A stretch of 64,000 bases of DNA from an uncultured delta proteobacterium. GTDB taxonomy: Bacteria; Desulfobacterota; Binatia; UBA9968. Numbering within the stretch: the first letter of the stretch is position 1; every line of letters begins with the position of its first letter. Position numbers and translations under genes: made by a program. The DNA is taken from positions 512,001 to 576,000 of the forward strand of contig CAVUZH010000013.1 in the NCBI GenBank assembly GCA_963745835.1, given 5' to 3'. This document shows, one piece after another, positions 31,158-41,758 of this stretch. The notes beneath the pieces were generated by a model. It did no database searches. It worked only from the letters and a program-made list of their open reading frames with translations, and was not told the origin of the DNA.

Positions 31158-31829
31158 TTACTTTCCTTTACCGGCATGGAGCATCCGCTCGTAACCAAGC
31201 TTCTCCAGCATCTCGAGACTGGAAGAACCCTTGCGAATTCCTTCCGCCATCTGAGCTTCCTTCTGAAAAACCATTTCCGCCGCGTCGAGCACCTCTTCTT
31301 CTTTTTCCCTTGGAATAAACACAACACCGCTACCGTCGGCGATCACCAGATCGCCGGGATGAACCTGAACGCCGGCGAATTGAATTTCCTGATTGAAGGA
31401 TTCCTGCATCACCCGCCCGCGCGCGGTCATAGGCACGACGCCGCGGGCATAAACAGGAAACTCTAGATCGCGCGCCTCATCGATGTCTCGACAAGCGCCA
31501 TCGATAACCGCTCCGCTCAGCCCTTTTAATTTCGCCGACAACGACAATAAGCCGCCCCAGGTGGAAAACTGTCGCTGCCCGCCATTGTCGATGACGATGA
31601 TATCCCCCGGCTGGGCCGCTTCGATGGCCGGCGTGCCGAGATGCTGGGTGGGCTGCTGTAAACCAACAGGCTTTATCTTAACTGTCACGGCGCGACCGAC
31701 GATGCGCGGGCACTGCCATTGCGGCCGCACTCCCCATGTAGCGCCGGCCAGTTTCATACTGTCCAACCCATCGGAAACCGAGCAAGTATCCAGCTTCGCC
31801 AGTCGTTCGATAATCGCTTCTCGCTGCAT
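31158..31829 (-). CDS. RraA family protein (HMG aldolase-like)
   Basis: TCSVSDGLD, GRAVTV, WGGL, VIDGACRD, PGDLVIADGSGV; GGGGAG RBS before ATG 31829. Confidence 0.85.
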   Translation of the reverse strand: MQREAIIERLAKLDTCSVSDGLDSMKLAGATWGVRPQWQCPRIVGRAVTVKIKPVGLQQPTQHLGTPAIEAAQPGDIIVIDNGGQRQFSTWGGLLSLSAKLKGLSGAVIDGACRDIDEARDLEFPVYARGVVPMTARGRVMQESFNQEIQFAGVQVHPGDLVIADGSGVVFIPREKEEEVLDAAEMVFQKEAQMAEGIRKGSSSLEMLEKLGYERMLHAGKGK

Positions 31830-32363
31830 ATCTCCCCGAGCGAGCTTGTTCGATGTGAAGCTTGGGATCAACCAGCAGCTCGTTTGCCGCTTACGCAGGC
31901 TCACTCGTCTACGAAACGTCTATCTGGAAAGCTCGGAGTGTGTCAAGGGAGAGACGATCAAACGGGACTACTTGAGACACGAAGTGCCAGTAATTGTTAT
32001 CTTTAAGCCCCAAACTATTCGGTGAAACTTGAGCCGTTCATCACCAAATCATCTGCAGCGCGCAATTGTTCTGCGTGAGTGATGAGCCAAATACGCCAGG
32101 TGAAATGCCGGTTGCTCGGCATCGTTTTGTTTAGCGGTAGTTTGAGACTAAGAACCAACCGTGTAAGCGCTTGAACGATCCTCTGTTATCTTGGTTATTA
32201 ACCGTAGTCCCATCCGGCAATGATATGATACGATCTGCGTCGATGAACAACCTTGACAATTTCTGGCTTCGCTGATGATCGCGGGAAAAATCTGCTAGAG
32301 GGTATTGCATACGCCCTGAACATTTGACCAGTTCATCCATGCCTGTTTCATGATTTCCTCAAC

Positions 32364-33545
32364 ATGACGATGCCCTTCCGGCCGCGCTGGTATTTCTTCA
32401 TCGCGTTGGTCTTGATCACCTTCATCGGTCCGCTGTCAATCCATCTGTTTATCCCGGCCATGCCGACAGTCAAGGACGAGTTTGGCGTCTCGACCGGCAT
32501 GGCGCAACTCACGCTATCGCTGGCAATGTTGTCGATGGCGTTCTTCACCGTTGCCTATGGCGGCTTGTCCGATCGCTACGGACGCAAGCGCGTGCTCCTG
32601 GGCGGGCTAGCGTTGTTCACCTGCGGCGCGGCGAGCTGCATGGCCGCCGCCAACCTGCCGATGTTGCTCGCCGGGCGCATCTTGCAAGGAGCGGGAGCGG
32701 GTTGCGGTGTCGTCCTGGCGCGCGCCATTGCACGCGACGTCTACGGCCAAGAGCGCGTCGCCCAGGTGATCGCCTATCTCACCGCCGCGTACGTGCTCGG
32801 GCCGATGTTTGCGCCGCCGATCGGCGGGCAGCTGACGACACTGTTGGGCTGGCGCGCGCTGTTCGTGCTAGCGTCATCAGTTGGTTTACTGGTGATCTTC
32901 GCGGTGGCTTTGGCGGTGCCGGAAACCCGGGCAGACAACGCTGCCGCGCCCCGGAGCGTATTCTCCGGCTACAAGTCGCTGTTGCGTCGTCGGCGGTTCG
33001 TCGGTTTCATGCTCCAGCCGGGACTGATGTCTGCGGCCTTCTACACACAGGCGACCGCCGCATCCTTCCTCGCCGCGGAGCATCTCGGCGCCGATGCTGC
33101 CAACATCGGCCTGTGGTTCTTCGCCTTCCCGATCGGCTTCATGGCCGGCAGTTTCAGCTCGGGCCGGATCGGGGCCAACCGTTCCATCGAATTCATGACC
33201 ACTCTCGGTGGCATGATCGGGGTCGCCAACGGCGCGCTGCTCGTGGCTTGGCTTTATTTCGGCGGAGTATCAATGGCCGCGCTCTACATCCCGGGATTCT
33301 TCGTCAGCCTCGCTCAGGGCCTCTCGATGCCTTACGCTCAAGCCGGCGCGATGGCAGTCGACACCGAGCTCGCCGGTTCGGCCTCGGGCGCGGTGGTGTT
33401 CTCGCAATTCTTCTGGCCGGCCGCGCTGCAGCAGCTCACCGGGCTGCTCGCCGACGGCACCTGGGTGCCAATGGCGTCGGTTCACTTTGCCGCAGTGACC
33501 GGGGCCCTGCTCGCCGCCTGGATGGCGGCGCCGGCTAAGCGCTAG
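32364..33545 (+). CDS. Bcr/CflA family multidrug MFS transporter
   Basis: PAMP, QLTLS, G.LSDRYGRK.VLL.G, GRILQGAG, AP.IGG, GWRALF, AGSASG. Confidence 0.9.
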   Translation: MTMPFRPRWYFFIALVLITFIGPLSIHLFIPAMPTVKDEFGVSTGMAQLTLSLAMLSMAFFTVAYGGLSDRYGRKRVLLGGLALFTCGAASCMAAANLPMLLAGRILQGAGAGCGVVLARAIARDVYGQERVAQVIAYLTAAYVLGPMFAPPIGGQLTTLLGWRALFVLASSVGLLVIFAVALAVPETRADNAAAPRSVFSGYKSLLRRRRFVGFMLQPGLMSAAFYTQATAASFLAAEHLGADAANIGLWFFAFPIGFMAGSFSSGRIGANRSIEFMTTLGGMIGVANGALLVAWLYFGGVSMAALYIPGFFVSLAQGLSMPYAQAGAMAVDTELAGSASGAVVFSQFFWPAALQQLTGLLADGTWVPMASVHFAAVTGALLAAWMAAPAKR

Positions 33546-34009
33546 CTTTTTTAAAAAGAATTAACCCGAGCTGTCTCTCGAAGGCGTCTAAGATTGAATG
33601 TGAGACGGACACCAGCTCTGATTCGTGACAGGGCGCCGAGCATAAATCCTTCTATTTCAACATTTCGAATTTTCGTCAGACGAAACTCCCGCTGACATTT
33701 CTCTAGAAGCAACAGCACAGGGATCACACCCGCAGGGCTATGCAGACGATCTCTGAAATGCGACTAGCGAGTTTGTCTCGTGGGTCCACAGCGTCCCCCC
33801 GATGTTCCGCATATCGCGCGAAGATTTCGCAGGTCCGCATCTATTTCGAAGACGCTTCTGCTTGCCTTGAATGTGATCGACGACTAGTTGTACGCCGTCC
33901 GCCTCAAGTCATCTACGTCGGAACTGTTCCCGCAAATTTTTATATTTATATTGACGAGCTACTCTGGCTGAGGCTACTGTTCGCTGAAAAATTCGCAGGA
34001 GGATGCGTT

Positions 34010-36046
34010 GTGAATTTTAGAAAATCGTATCGAAGCATTGCGTTGCTGAGTATCGGTTCTATGCTGTTCTCCTTAGCGCGTGGCAATGTGCGTGCGGCCG
34101 GCGCCCAGTCCGGTCGCTTTCATCTCGAAGAAGCGACGATCGCCGACGTGCATCGCGCCATCCGCGCCAAGCAAATCACCGCGACGCAAATCGTGCAATT
34201 ATATTTTAAGCGAATCGAGGCCTATAACGGCCTCTGCGTGAAAGGCGACATCGACCCGGCCACTGGCCTGATGCTCGGCGATTTGACGCCGATCGAGAAT
34301 GCCGGTCAGCTAAACGCCTATACGACGTTGAACATCCGCGGCCAACGTTCCAAGACCGACACAGCCGATAACGATCCAAAAATGCCGGACGCTTTGGAAG
34401 TGGCAAAAGCTCAGGACGCGTACTTCGCGCGCACCGGCAGACTGATCGGGCCGCTGCACGGTATTCCTTTCGCGATAAAAGATAACTACGACACCGCGGA
34501 TATGCGGACCACTGCGGGCGCAGCCGCAGCGTATGCCAATGACAAACCACCGCGGGACGCTACCATGATTGCGAAACTGCGGGCCGCCGGCGCGATCTTT
34601 TTGGGCAAGACCAATCTGGATGAGTACGCGCCGGCCAGCATCGCGCGCAGCGCGCTGGGCGGCCAGACTTGCAATCCATACGACACCAAACGCGTCCCTG
34701 GTGGATCGAGCGCCGGATCTGGCGCGGCGGTGGCGGCGAATTTGGCAATGTGCGCGCTCGGCACGGACACGTCCGGCTCGGTGCGTTTTCCATCCACCGC
34801 CAATGCGCTCGTTGGCATAGTCGCTACGCAAGGGCTGGTAAGCCGAGCGGGAATAATTCCTTTATCATTTTCGCGCGACCGCGGCGGACCGATGTGCCGC
34901 ACCGTTCAGGACACCGCGACGGTGCTCGAAGTTGTCGCCGGCGCCGACCCGCGGGATCATGTAACGGCGCCGGCGCATGGCAAGAAAGCCGTACCGTACC
35001 GACAGTACGCGAACAAAAAATCCCTCGCCGGCAAACGTTTGGGTGTAGTGCGCGAGTTCATGATCGAAGCAACGGTCGCTGACCGCGACAGCATCCGCAT
35101 CGCCAACCAGGCGATAGCCGACATGAAGCGTCTCGGCGCCACCATCGTCGATCCGGTAAATTTCGACGGCGCCATAGCCGAGATCATGGCGTCTTATGAA
35201 CCGAGCTTCTTCACCCAGACTTTCAAAGATGCTGTTCCCGCGGAAATTGATCCCATTGATCGCATGGTGGAGATCAGCGGCGATCCGAAAACGCTGCCAA
35301 CCGGCCTGCGCGGCGTCAATCTCCGGATGATCGCCGGCCAGCGCCGCGGTGAAGAAGGCAAGTACGCGATGAATCTTTATCTGCGCCAGCGCGGCGATGC
35401 CAAATTTCGCAGCGTCGAAGACATGTTCGCGACCAAAACGTTCTCCGGCGATTTGCCGGTGCTGCAGAATGCATTTGGCGCCAAGGCGAAAACCCTCGAT
35501 ACGCCGGCGCATTCGAGCCACATCTTACGGATGCAAAACCTGCAACGGATACTTCACAAAGTCATGGCGGACAATAATCTCGACGCGCTGGTCTATCCTT
35601 ACAGCACCATTCCGCCGCACATGGTGTTGGCCAACCGCACGCCGGAGGTGTACGACACGCATACCGAGCCGCGGATGTTGAAGGCGGGCACGGAACTTTC
35701 CGATCCGAATTTATTGCCGGGCGAGACCAAATTGAAAACCGATTTGGATCTGTGGCGCGGCGCCGGCAGCAGCTGGAGCGTGAACTTGAGCCCGGTAAGT
35801 GGATTCCCCGCCATCGTTGTACCGGCGGGATTCACCCGAGAAGTGTACGATCGTGTCCCTGACGCCAATGATCCTAACCGCAGCCGCTTGGAAGGCCCCA
35901 AACCGGATCAAATTCCGGTCGGCATGGAATTTCTTGGGCGTCCATTCGACGAAGCGACCCTCTTTGAAATCGCCTCGGCCTATGAAGCCGGAACAAAACA
36001 CAGGCGCGCGCCGAAAGCGTTTGGGCCGCTAAAAGGAGAACCATAA
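34010..36046 (+). CDS. Amidase signature family protein (probably exported)
   Basis: GPLHGIPFAIKDN, PGGSSAG, GTDTSGSVRFP (Lys/cis-Ser/Ser triad); AGGAGG RBS before GTG 34010; signal-like N-terminus. Confidence 0.9.
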   Translation: MNFRKSYRSIALLSIGSMLFSLARGNVRAAGAQSGRFHLEEATIADVHRAIRAKQITATQIVQLYFKRIEAYNGLCVKGDIDPATGLMLGDLTPIENAGQLNAYTTLNIRGQRSKTDTADNDPKMPDALEVAKAQDAYFARTGRLIGPLHGIPFAIKDNYDTADMRTTAGAAAAYANDKPPRDATMIAKLRAAGAIFLGKTNLDEYAPASIARSALGGQTCNPYDTKRVPGGSSAGSGAAVAANLAMCALGTDTSGSVRFPSTANALVGIVATQGLVSRAGIIPLSFSRDRGGPMCRTVQDTATVLEVVAGADPRDHVTAPAHGKKAVPYRQYANKKSLAGKRLGVVREFMIEATVADRDSIRIANQAIADMKRLGATIVDPVNFDGAIAEIMASYEPSFFTQTFKDAVPAEIDPIDRMVEISGDPKTLPTGLRGVNLRMIAGQRRGEEGKYAMNLYLRQRGDAKFRSVEDMFATKTFSGDLPVLQNAFGAKAKTLDTPAHSSHILRMQNLQRILHKVMADNNLDALVYPYSTIPPHMVLANRTPEVYDTHTEPRMLKAGTELSDPNLLPGETKLKTDLDLWRGAGSSWSVNLSPVSGFPAIVVPAGFTREVYDRVPDANDPNRSRLEGPKPDQIPVGMEFLGRPFDEATLFEIASAYEAGTKHRRAPKAFGPLKGEP

Positions 36047-36470
36047 ACCAGGTAAGTTGATGGTCGGGCGTTCGGCGCGACCTGAACACACGGAGGAACG
36101 TATTGATAAAGTCGATGGCAGGTCCTCTTCCTGTTGGTGTTCGATGTGCGGTTTCGGTGGAAGGGAAAACGAGTGGGTCAGTAGGCTGCCATATTGTCGA
36201 CGACAACGGTCGGGTTGCCAGGAATATGCTTGTGCAGATGCCGGCCGATCACCCCTCCCAAGTCATCCGTATCGGTCATTGGTATCGATGCTCCAACCTC
36301 TTATGATTTAAAGACGTTCAGCGGACCGCAACTCAGTCGACAATCTTTCTCTCGGCGGGATTTCTTTGTTCATGAGCAGGCCGTCCCGTCCATTTTCGGA
36401 GTGGCCTCATTCTGCGCCGCTTTGGAATCCTTTTTAAGGAAGGACCGGTGCGCTCGTGACCGTCTCATAT

Positions 36471-36582
36471 ATTACCGTAGTAATTAAAGCTAATGGCATT
36501 GGCGGAATCAAAGTTTCCGCTCAGGGACAAATTTCCGTTCCTGTTTAGTCCGACGAAAGCTCGGTATCGGCGCCGGTTCGTT
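36471..36582 (+). pseudogene. Degraded AbrB/MazE-type antitoxin 5' remnant with operator
   Basis: atggcattggcggaatcaaagtttccgctcagggacaaatttccgttcc...cgacgaaagctcggtatcggc aligns with the gene at 48693 with two 1-nt deletions; attac...gtaat palindrome upstream of both. Confidence 0.75.
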
Positions 36583-36625
36583 GTCCACACTCAAGCCAAC
36601 TTAACTGTTCATCGGCGAGTTGCAA

Positions 36626-36654
36626 TTGACGAGAGCCGATCTAGACCGTAGATT
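36626..36654 (+). promoter_or_regulatory. Sigma-70 promoter of the phd-relE operon
   Basis: TTGACG-17 nt-TAGATT; tagacc repeated at 36642 and 36660 (possible operator). Confidence 0.5.
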
Positions 36655-36695
36655 AAAGTTAGACCAAAATTCTGGTTGAGTGGAGGAATCAAAGC

Positions 36696-36989
36696 GTGGC
36701 CAAAACCATGCCAATTTCGGAGGTAAAGACGCGCTTGCCGGAGCTCGTAACGGGTGTGGAAGAGCGCGAAGATGAAATTGTCGTCACGCGCAACGGAAAA
36801 CCCGCAGCCGTGCTGATTAACTATGATGAATACGAACGGTTGCAGGAAACGCTCGATGTATTGAGCGATCCCGTGTCCATGAGACAGATCGCTCAGAGTA
36901 AACGTTTTTATGGCAAAACCCGCCGGGGAGAATCCTACGAAGCTCTTTTCGATGAACCTCTCATTCCTGGTACACGTCGAAAACGGTAA
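36696..36989 (+). CDS. Phd/YefM family antitoxin
   Basis: ISEVKTRLPELV, IVVTRNGKPAAVLI, YERLQETL; GGAGG RBS. Confidence 0.9.
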   Translation: MAKTMPISEVKTRLPELVTGVEEREDEIVVTRNGKPAAVLINYDEYERLQETLDVLSDPVSMRQIAQSKRFYGKTRRGESYEALFDEPLIPGTRRKR

Positions 36990-37279
36990 TGGTCCCGTAT
37001 CGGACCGATATACCGCCACACAGAGCCGAGATCGTTCGCCACTTACCTCCGGATTTGAAGCGGAGCGTAAAGCAAGCGCTGCGATCATTAAGCGCAGATC
37101 CCCTCGCTGGAACGCCGCTGATCGGAGAATTAGCGGGGTTATGGCGAATCAAAGTCAGACGGTTTCGTATTGTTTATGCGCCGGATCGCAAGGCGCGACT
37201 TATTAGAATTTTCGCTATTGCACATCGACGAGAAGTGTATGAGAAAACAGCGGACCTGTTTCGACTAAGTCAAAAGTAA
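36989..37279 (+). CDS. RelE/ParE family toxin
   Basis: TAATG coupling; G.PL.GELAGLWRIKV..FRIVY, IAHRREVYE. Confidence 0.9.
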   Translation: MVPYRTDIPPHRAEIVRHLPPDLKRSVKQALRSLSADPLAGTPLIGELAGLWRIKVRRFRIVYAPDRKARLIRIFAIAHRREVYEKTADLFRLSQK

Positions 37280-37503
37280 GACCCTGCACTTCATACCATC
37301 CAATGTCGATGTCATCGCGTCTGGAGTTCTCCCGATTCGCAGGTAGAGGCCTTGCGCCTCCTGGGCAAAGCCGGATTGGCGAACACATAGCGTCAACACG
37401 ATGCGCCAAAATTAAAAACTGCTTCGCGTTCATGCTGCTCTCCTGGTTGAGCTCGTCGCATCTGCTTACTATGCAGACTCCTTTGCAAAATCGTGATTGA
37501 AGC

Positions 37504-37553
37504 CCTCACCCTGCGCTCTCCCGCAAACGGCCAACCCCCCTTGCGGAGAGGGC
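37504..37553. repeat. REP-like palindrome (CCCTCACCC...CTCTCCC...GGAGAGGG type)
   Basis: ccctcaccctgcgctctcccgcaa...ttgcggagagggc between convergent genes. Confidence 0.5.
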
Positions 37554-37573
37554 AATTCACTTGCTGCAGGCAA

Positions 37574-38617
37574 TCACGGCTCGACCAAGACCTTGATCGA
37601 CTCGCGCTGATCCATCGCCCGGTAGCCGTCAGGCACATCGTCCAAACCCACGGCCCGGTCGAAGACCTTGCCAGGCTCGATCCTGCCCTCGAGAATGTCG
37701 GGTAGAAGCTCGTCGATGTATGCGCGGACCGGCGCCGGTCCGCCGCTCACGGTGACGTTGTTGTAGAACGCCGGCAACGACCCCGGCATCGTTTGACCCT
37801 GGGGAACACCGACCCGGCCGACTGCACCGCCCGGACGCGCGATGCTGATCGCGGTGAGCATCGACTGTTCGAGGCCGACGCATTCGAGCACGGAGTGAAC
37901 GCCATAGCCGCCGGTGAGCTCACGCACGCGCTCAATCGCCTCGTCGCCGCGTTCGCTCACGACGTCAGTCGCGCCGAACTCTTTAGCGAGTGCGATCCGG
38001 GCGGCATGCCGGCCCAGCATGATGATCTGCTCAGCGCCTAAGCGTTTCGCGGCAATCACGCCGCACAATCCCACGGCGCCGTCACCCACAATGGCCACTT
38101 TCTTTCCTGGACCAACCTTCGCCGTGACGGCCGCGTGATGCCCGGTGCCCATCACGTCTGAAAGCGTGAGAAGGGAAGGCATCAATGCGTCATCTTGTCC
38201 TACGGCCAGGACGAAGAGAGTTCCGTCTGCCAGAGGCACGCGCAGCGCTTCGGCCTGCGCTCCATTCATGCCGGCGATGCCGAAGAATCCTCCCTGAACA
38301 CAGGAGGTCTGCAGTCCTTCGTGGCAGAAGACGCAGGTGCCGTCCGAGTAGGCGAACGGCATAATGACGAGATCGCCGGCTTTCATCGTGCGAACGTCGT
38401 TGCCAACTTCTTCGACGAAGCCGATCGCCTCATGTCCCATGCGACGGCCGCTGTCAGGGATCTCTTCCATTCCTCGATACGGCCATAAATCGCTGCCGCA
38501 GATACAGGCCCGGCTGACCGCTACGACCGCGTCTGTGGGCTCAATGATACGGGCGTCGGGGACATTCTCGATGCGAACGTCGCCCGCTCTGTACATTACA
38601 GTTGCACGCATAAACAT
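37574..38617 (-). CDS. Zinc-dependent alcohol dehydrogenase family protein
   Basis: CICGSD, GHE, C..C..G....C, LSDVMGTG, GDGAVG. Confidence 0.9.
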   Translation of the reverse strand: MFMRATVMYRAGDVRIENVPDARIIEPTDAVVAVSRACICGSDLWPYRGMEEIPDSGRRMGHEAIGFVEEVGNDVRTMKAGDLVIMPFAYSDGTCVFCHEGLQTSCVQGGFFGIAGMNGAQAEALRVPLADGTLFVLAVGQDDALMPSLLTLSDVMGTGHHAAVTAKVGPGKKVAIVGDGAVGLCGVIAAKRLGAEQIIMLGRHAARIALAKEFGATDVVSERGDEAIERVRELTGGYGVHSVLECVGLEQSMLTAISIARPGGAVGRVGVPQGQTMPGSLPAFYNNVTVSGGPAPVRAYIDELLPDILEGRIEPGKVFDRAVGLDDVPDGYRAMDQRESIKVLVEP

Positions 38618-38644
38618 TTACCTCTGCTTTCCGTGATTATTGAG

Positions 38645-39037
38645 CTAAGAGCTTGTTGAGCGTGGCACTACTTTCAGTGTCGTGGATCGTGCCTTCGGAG
38701 TAACAATGCTGTTAATGATGTTGGCCGCATAGCGCCGGTACTTTGTCCGGTACGCGGCATCGAGCTTGTCGTTGATTTCGGGATCGGCGTCTACGAACGT
38801 GACGTCTTTGGCAACGCCGCCGGCCTCGATGCGCCCTTCGTGACGCACCTGAGTGCCACGGAACCAGGCCGCCGTACGCCCATTCACCGATCGCACGTAG
38901 AGGTCGCCACCGTCGCGGACAATCCAAATCGTCACCGGCTTTGTCAGCGTGCCGTCCGATCGGAGTGACGCGATCTCCAGTTCTTCCGCTTCGCCAATCT
39001 TGTCCAGCTCGTTGCTGGTCCACATCGTCATCAACAC
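38645..39037 (-). CDS. DUF2255 family protein
   Basis: WT..EL..I..AEEL.IAS, PVTIW.V, LYVRS.NG...WFRG, DAAYRTKY. Confidence 0.8.
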   Translation of the reverse strand: MLMTMWTSNELDKIGEAEELEIASLRSDGTLTKPVTIWIVRDGGDLYVRSVNGRTAAWFRGTQVRHEGRIEAGGVAKDVTFVDADPEINDKLDAAYRTKYRRYAANIINSIVTPKARSTTLKVVPRSTSS

Positions 39038-39086
39038 GTCTCCTTCCTAATGCCCAGTTGCGCCAGTTGCGTTCTGCCGGTTCCTT

Positions 39087-39497
39087 TCATTCAGGGTTTG
39101 ATGCGGCCCGGTATTGTTCGTCGCTGACTTTCTCCAGCCACTCGACAACTTTGCCGTCGAGCTGTTCCTGGATGGCGATATGGGTCACCGCCGTGGTCGA
39201 TGTAGCGCCATGCCAATGCTTTTCATTCCGCGGGCACCAGACCACGTCGCCCGGCCGAATTTCCTCTTTTGAAGCGCCTTCGCTTTGCACCCACCCACAC
39301 CCGGACGTGACGATCAGGTTCTGCCCGAGCGGGTGGGTGTGCCATGCCGTCCGGGCGCCGGGCTCGAACGTGACACTCGCCGCACGCGCGCGTGAAGGGT
39401 CGGGCGCCTCGAACAACGGATCAATACGTACGTTGCCGGTAAAATATTCCGCCGGCCCTTTGGTGGAAGGCTGTGAGCCGCATCGTCGCAGGTTCAT
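39087..39497 (-). CDS. Cupin domain protein
   Basis: [38 protein letters not shown]; AAGGAGG RBS. Confidence 0.9.
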   Translation of the reverse strand: MNLRRCGSQPSTKGPAEYFTGNVRIDPLFEAPDPSRARAASVTFEPGARTAWHTHPLGQNLIVTSGCGWVQSEGASKEEIRPGDVVWCPRNEKHWHGATSTTAVTHIAIQEQLDGKVVEWLEKVSDEQYRAASNPE

Positions 39498-39622
39498 CGT
39501 TTAACCTCCTTGTCTGATTAGGCCATCGCTTATTTCTTCACTGCCATGCGGAAAATGTAGCAGTTGCGGCGGCACGAGATTAGAGAGTAAATTCCGCATG
39601 CACTCATGAGGTCTGTTCATAA

Positions 39623-40516
39623 ATGCAGCGCGAAAATTTTAACGATATCCTCGCGTTTCTAGCTGTCGCGCGAGAGCGAAGCTTCACCAAAGCGGCTGCA
39701 CAGCTCGGGGTTTCCCAGTCAGCGTTAAGCCATGCGATTAGCGCTTTGGAGGCAAGACTCGGACTTCGGTTGCTGACTCGCACCACGCGTAGCGTCTCGC
39801 CGACCGAGGCGGGTGAACGCCTGGTTCTGACGGTGGCTCCCCGGTTCGAGGAGATCGAAGCCGAGATGGAAGCCCTAACCGAGCTTCGGGAGAAGCCGGC
39901 CGGCACAATTCGGATCACCGCCACCGACTATGTGGCCGATACGATCCTCTGGCCGAAACTTACGAAGTTCCTGCGGGATTATCCGGACATCAAGGTCGAG
40001 ATCACCGTCGAGTACGGCCTGACCGACATCGTTGCCCAACGCTATGACGCCGGCGTGCGATCTGGCGAGCAAGTGGCCAGGGATATGATCGCGGTTCGGA
40101 TCGGACCGGACATCCGTATGGCGGTCGTTGGCGCCCCGTCATATTTCGCTAAGCGGTCTCTACCAAAGAAGCCGCAGGATTTGACCAATCACAAGTGCAT
40201 CAATCTGCGCCTGGCAACTTATGGAGGGTTGTATGCGTGGGAGTTCGAAAGAGGCGGCCGCGAACTGAAGGTGCGAGTCGATGGCCAGCTCGTCTTCAAT
40301 GGCACTGCCCAGATGCTCAATGCGGCGCTGGCAGGATTCGGCTTGGCTTATTTGCCGGAGGAGCTGGCGCGGCCGCATTTAACTCGAGGACATCTCAAGC
40401 GAGTGCTCGAGGATTGGTGCCCGCCTTTTCCGGGATATCACCTTTATTATCCGAGTCGCCGCCACTCGTCACCCGCGTTCTCACTGCTGGTTGATGCGTT
40501 GCGCTACCGGCGTTAG
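39623..40516 (+). CDS. LysR family transcriptional regulator
   Basis: SFTKAAAQLGVSQSALSH, LLTRTTRSVSPTEAG, LYYPSRR; divergent from the cupin-DUF2255-ADH operon. Confidence 0.95.
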   Translation: MQRENFNDILAFLAVARERSFTKAAAQLGVSQSALSHAISALEARLGLRLLTRTTRSVSPTEAGERLVLTVAPRFEEIEAEMEALTELREKPAGTIRITATDYVADTILWPKLTKFLRDYPDIKVEITVEYGLTDIVAQRYDAGVRSGEQVARDMIAVRIGPDIRMAVVGAPSYFAKRSLPKKPQDLTNHKCINLRLATYGGLYAWEFERGGRELKVRVDGQLVFNGTAQMLNAALAGFGLAYLPEELARPHLTRGHLKRVLEDWCPPFPGYHLYYPSRRHSSPAFSLLVDALRYRR

Positions 40517-40576
40517 CGCAGCGGGATCAGCTTCGGGTGAAATTCTCAACCAGGCGTTTCTTAGATGCTTAGCGCT

Positions 40577-41461
40577 TTAACCAAGCTCGAACTCACTGCT
40601 TTGCACGTCGCCGCCCCAGACGTCCACCGGAGTGCCGCTGGGATAGACGATCGGTTGGTGAGTGGCGTCTTCGAGCCGGCGATGGCCCCAGCCAAACTCC
40701 ACGGCAAATCCCCCGGGCGTTTGCACATAAACATGTATGGTCTGACAATTGGGATGCCGCCCTGGTCCCATGCCGATGGGCGCTCCGCGGGTCCGCAGGA
40801 AGTGGTAGGAGCGCATCACGTCATCGAGTGATCCAACTTCCAGCATCACATGTTGCAGCCGCGGAGACTTACCCGGCATGCATGGCGCGAAAGCGATGCT
40901 GTGATGGCGCGCGTTGCAGCGCAGGAAACACAACCGGATATGCTCGTCGATGCATACCCAGTCGCTCAAGCGAAAGCCCAACACACCGGTATAAAAGTCA
41001 TGTGACCGCTGCGTATCCTTGACCGTGAGCAGCACATGGCCCAGGCCTGTGACGTTTAGTTCGCGGGTGTAACGCGCGGGCTCTTTGTCGACCTCGAAGC
41101 CATGCGCTAACGCCAGAGGATGACCATCGGGATCCCTGAATTCGATAAAATCAGCCACCTGCCGTGCGAGACATTCCTCCTTGTTGCCTGCGCGCCAATC
41201 GATGTCTTGGGCTGCGAGTTTGGCTTTCCACTCGTCAAGCGCGTCACACCCACCGACGTCAAAACCAATGTAATTAAGCACCGGCTCCGGAGCCGTACGC
41301 GCGGTCAGCCGATGCGGATAGCGATCGACCCGCATATACGTCACATTTCCATCGGATGAGTCGGTAGTCGGAAACCCCAGCATGTCATGGGAGAAACGCG
41401 CGAATGTTTCACGATCCGGCATGCCGACGCCAATCTGCATAATGTCCTTTATCGTACTCAC
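40577..41461 (-). CDS. Type I extradiol dioxygenase (BphC-like VOC)
   Basis: GLGHVLL, FY..VLGFRLSD, FLRCNARHHSIA, LQHVMLEV, GRHPN, Y.QTPGGFAVEFG. Confidence 0.85.
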   Translation of the reverse strand: MSTIKDIMQIGVGMPDRETFARFSHDMLGFPTTDSSDGNVTYMRVDRYPHRLTARTAPEPVLNYIGFDVGGCDALDEWKAKLAAQDIDWRAGNKEECLARQVADFIEFRDPDGHPLALAHGFEVDKEPARYTRELNVTGLGHVLLTVKDTQRSHDFYTGVLGFRLSDWVCIDEHIRLCFLRCNARHHSIAFAPCMPGKSPRLQHVMLEVGSLDDVMRSYHFLRTRGAPIGMGPGRHPNCQTIHVYVQTPGGFAVEFGWGHRRLEDATHQPIVYPSGTPVDVWGGDVQSSEFELG

Positions 41462-41637
41462 GGTAGATTCCCTTTCGTCGCAAAATCCTCAGCGGAATTA
41501 TCATCTCTCAATCTTCCGGCTTGTACAACCGCACAGTGAATAGAACGCTGGTGTTTGTAAGTCGGTGCGCGTCCGTTGGTCGACCGCGAAATCCGGAATC
41601 TAAAAAAACAATACAGTGTTGAAAAACTCTGGTACAC

Positions 41638-41758
41638 GCTGTTCAAAAAGGCCTCAGATACTAGGCGCGCGAGAAATCGATGAGCGCAGGCGCATTTATT
41701 GATACGTTGGAGAGAGGCGATCGAGCGGCAACGAAGCAGGTGAGCCTTTTTCAACAGC
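41638..41758. mobile_element. MITE/REP-like element with 15-bp terminal inverted repeats
   Basis: gctgttcaaaaaggc (41638-41652) and gcctttttcaacagc (41744-41758), 14/15 complementary; 121 bp, non-coding. Confidence 0.65.

Noticed and set aside
33740-34009. 90-aa N-terminal extension of the amidase
   Set aside because: An AGGAGG RBS and signal-like sequence begin at GTG 34010, and a TTGACG-18-TACTGT promoter candidate lies inside the extension.
36057-36487. Short ORFs after the amidase, one containing IGIDAP (DUF429-like)
   Set aside because: Only a 6-residue resemblance, with no RBS or further motifs.
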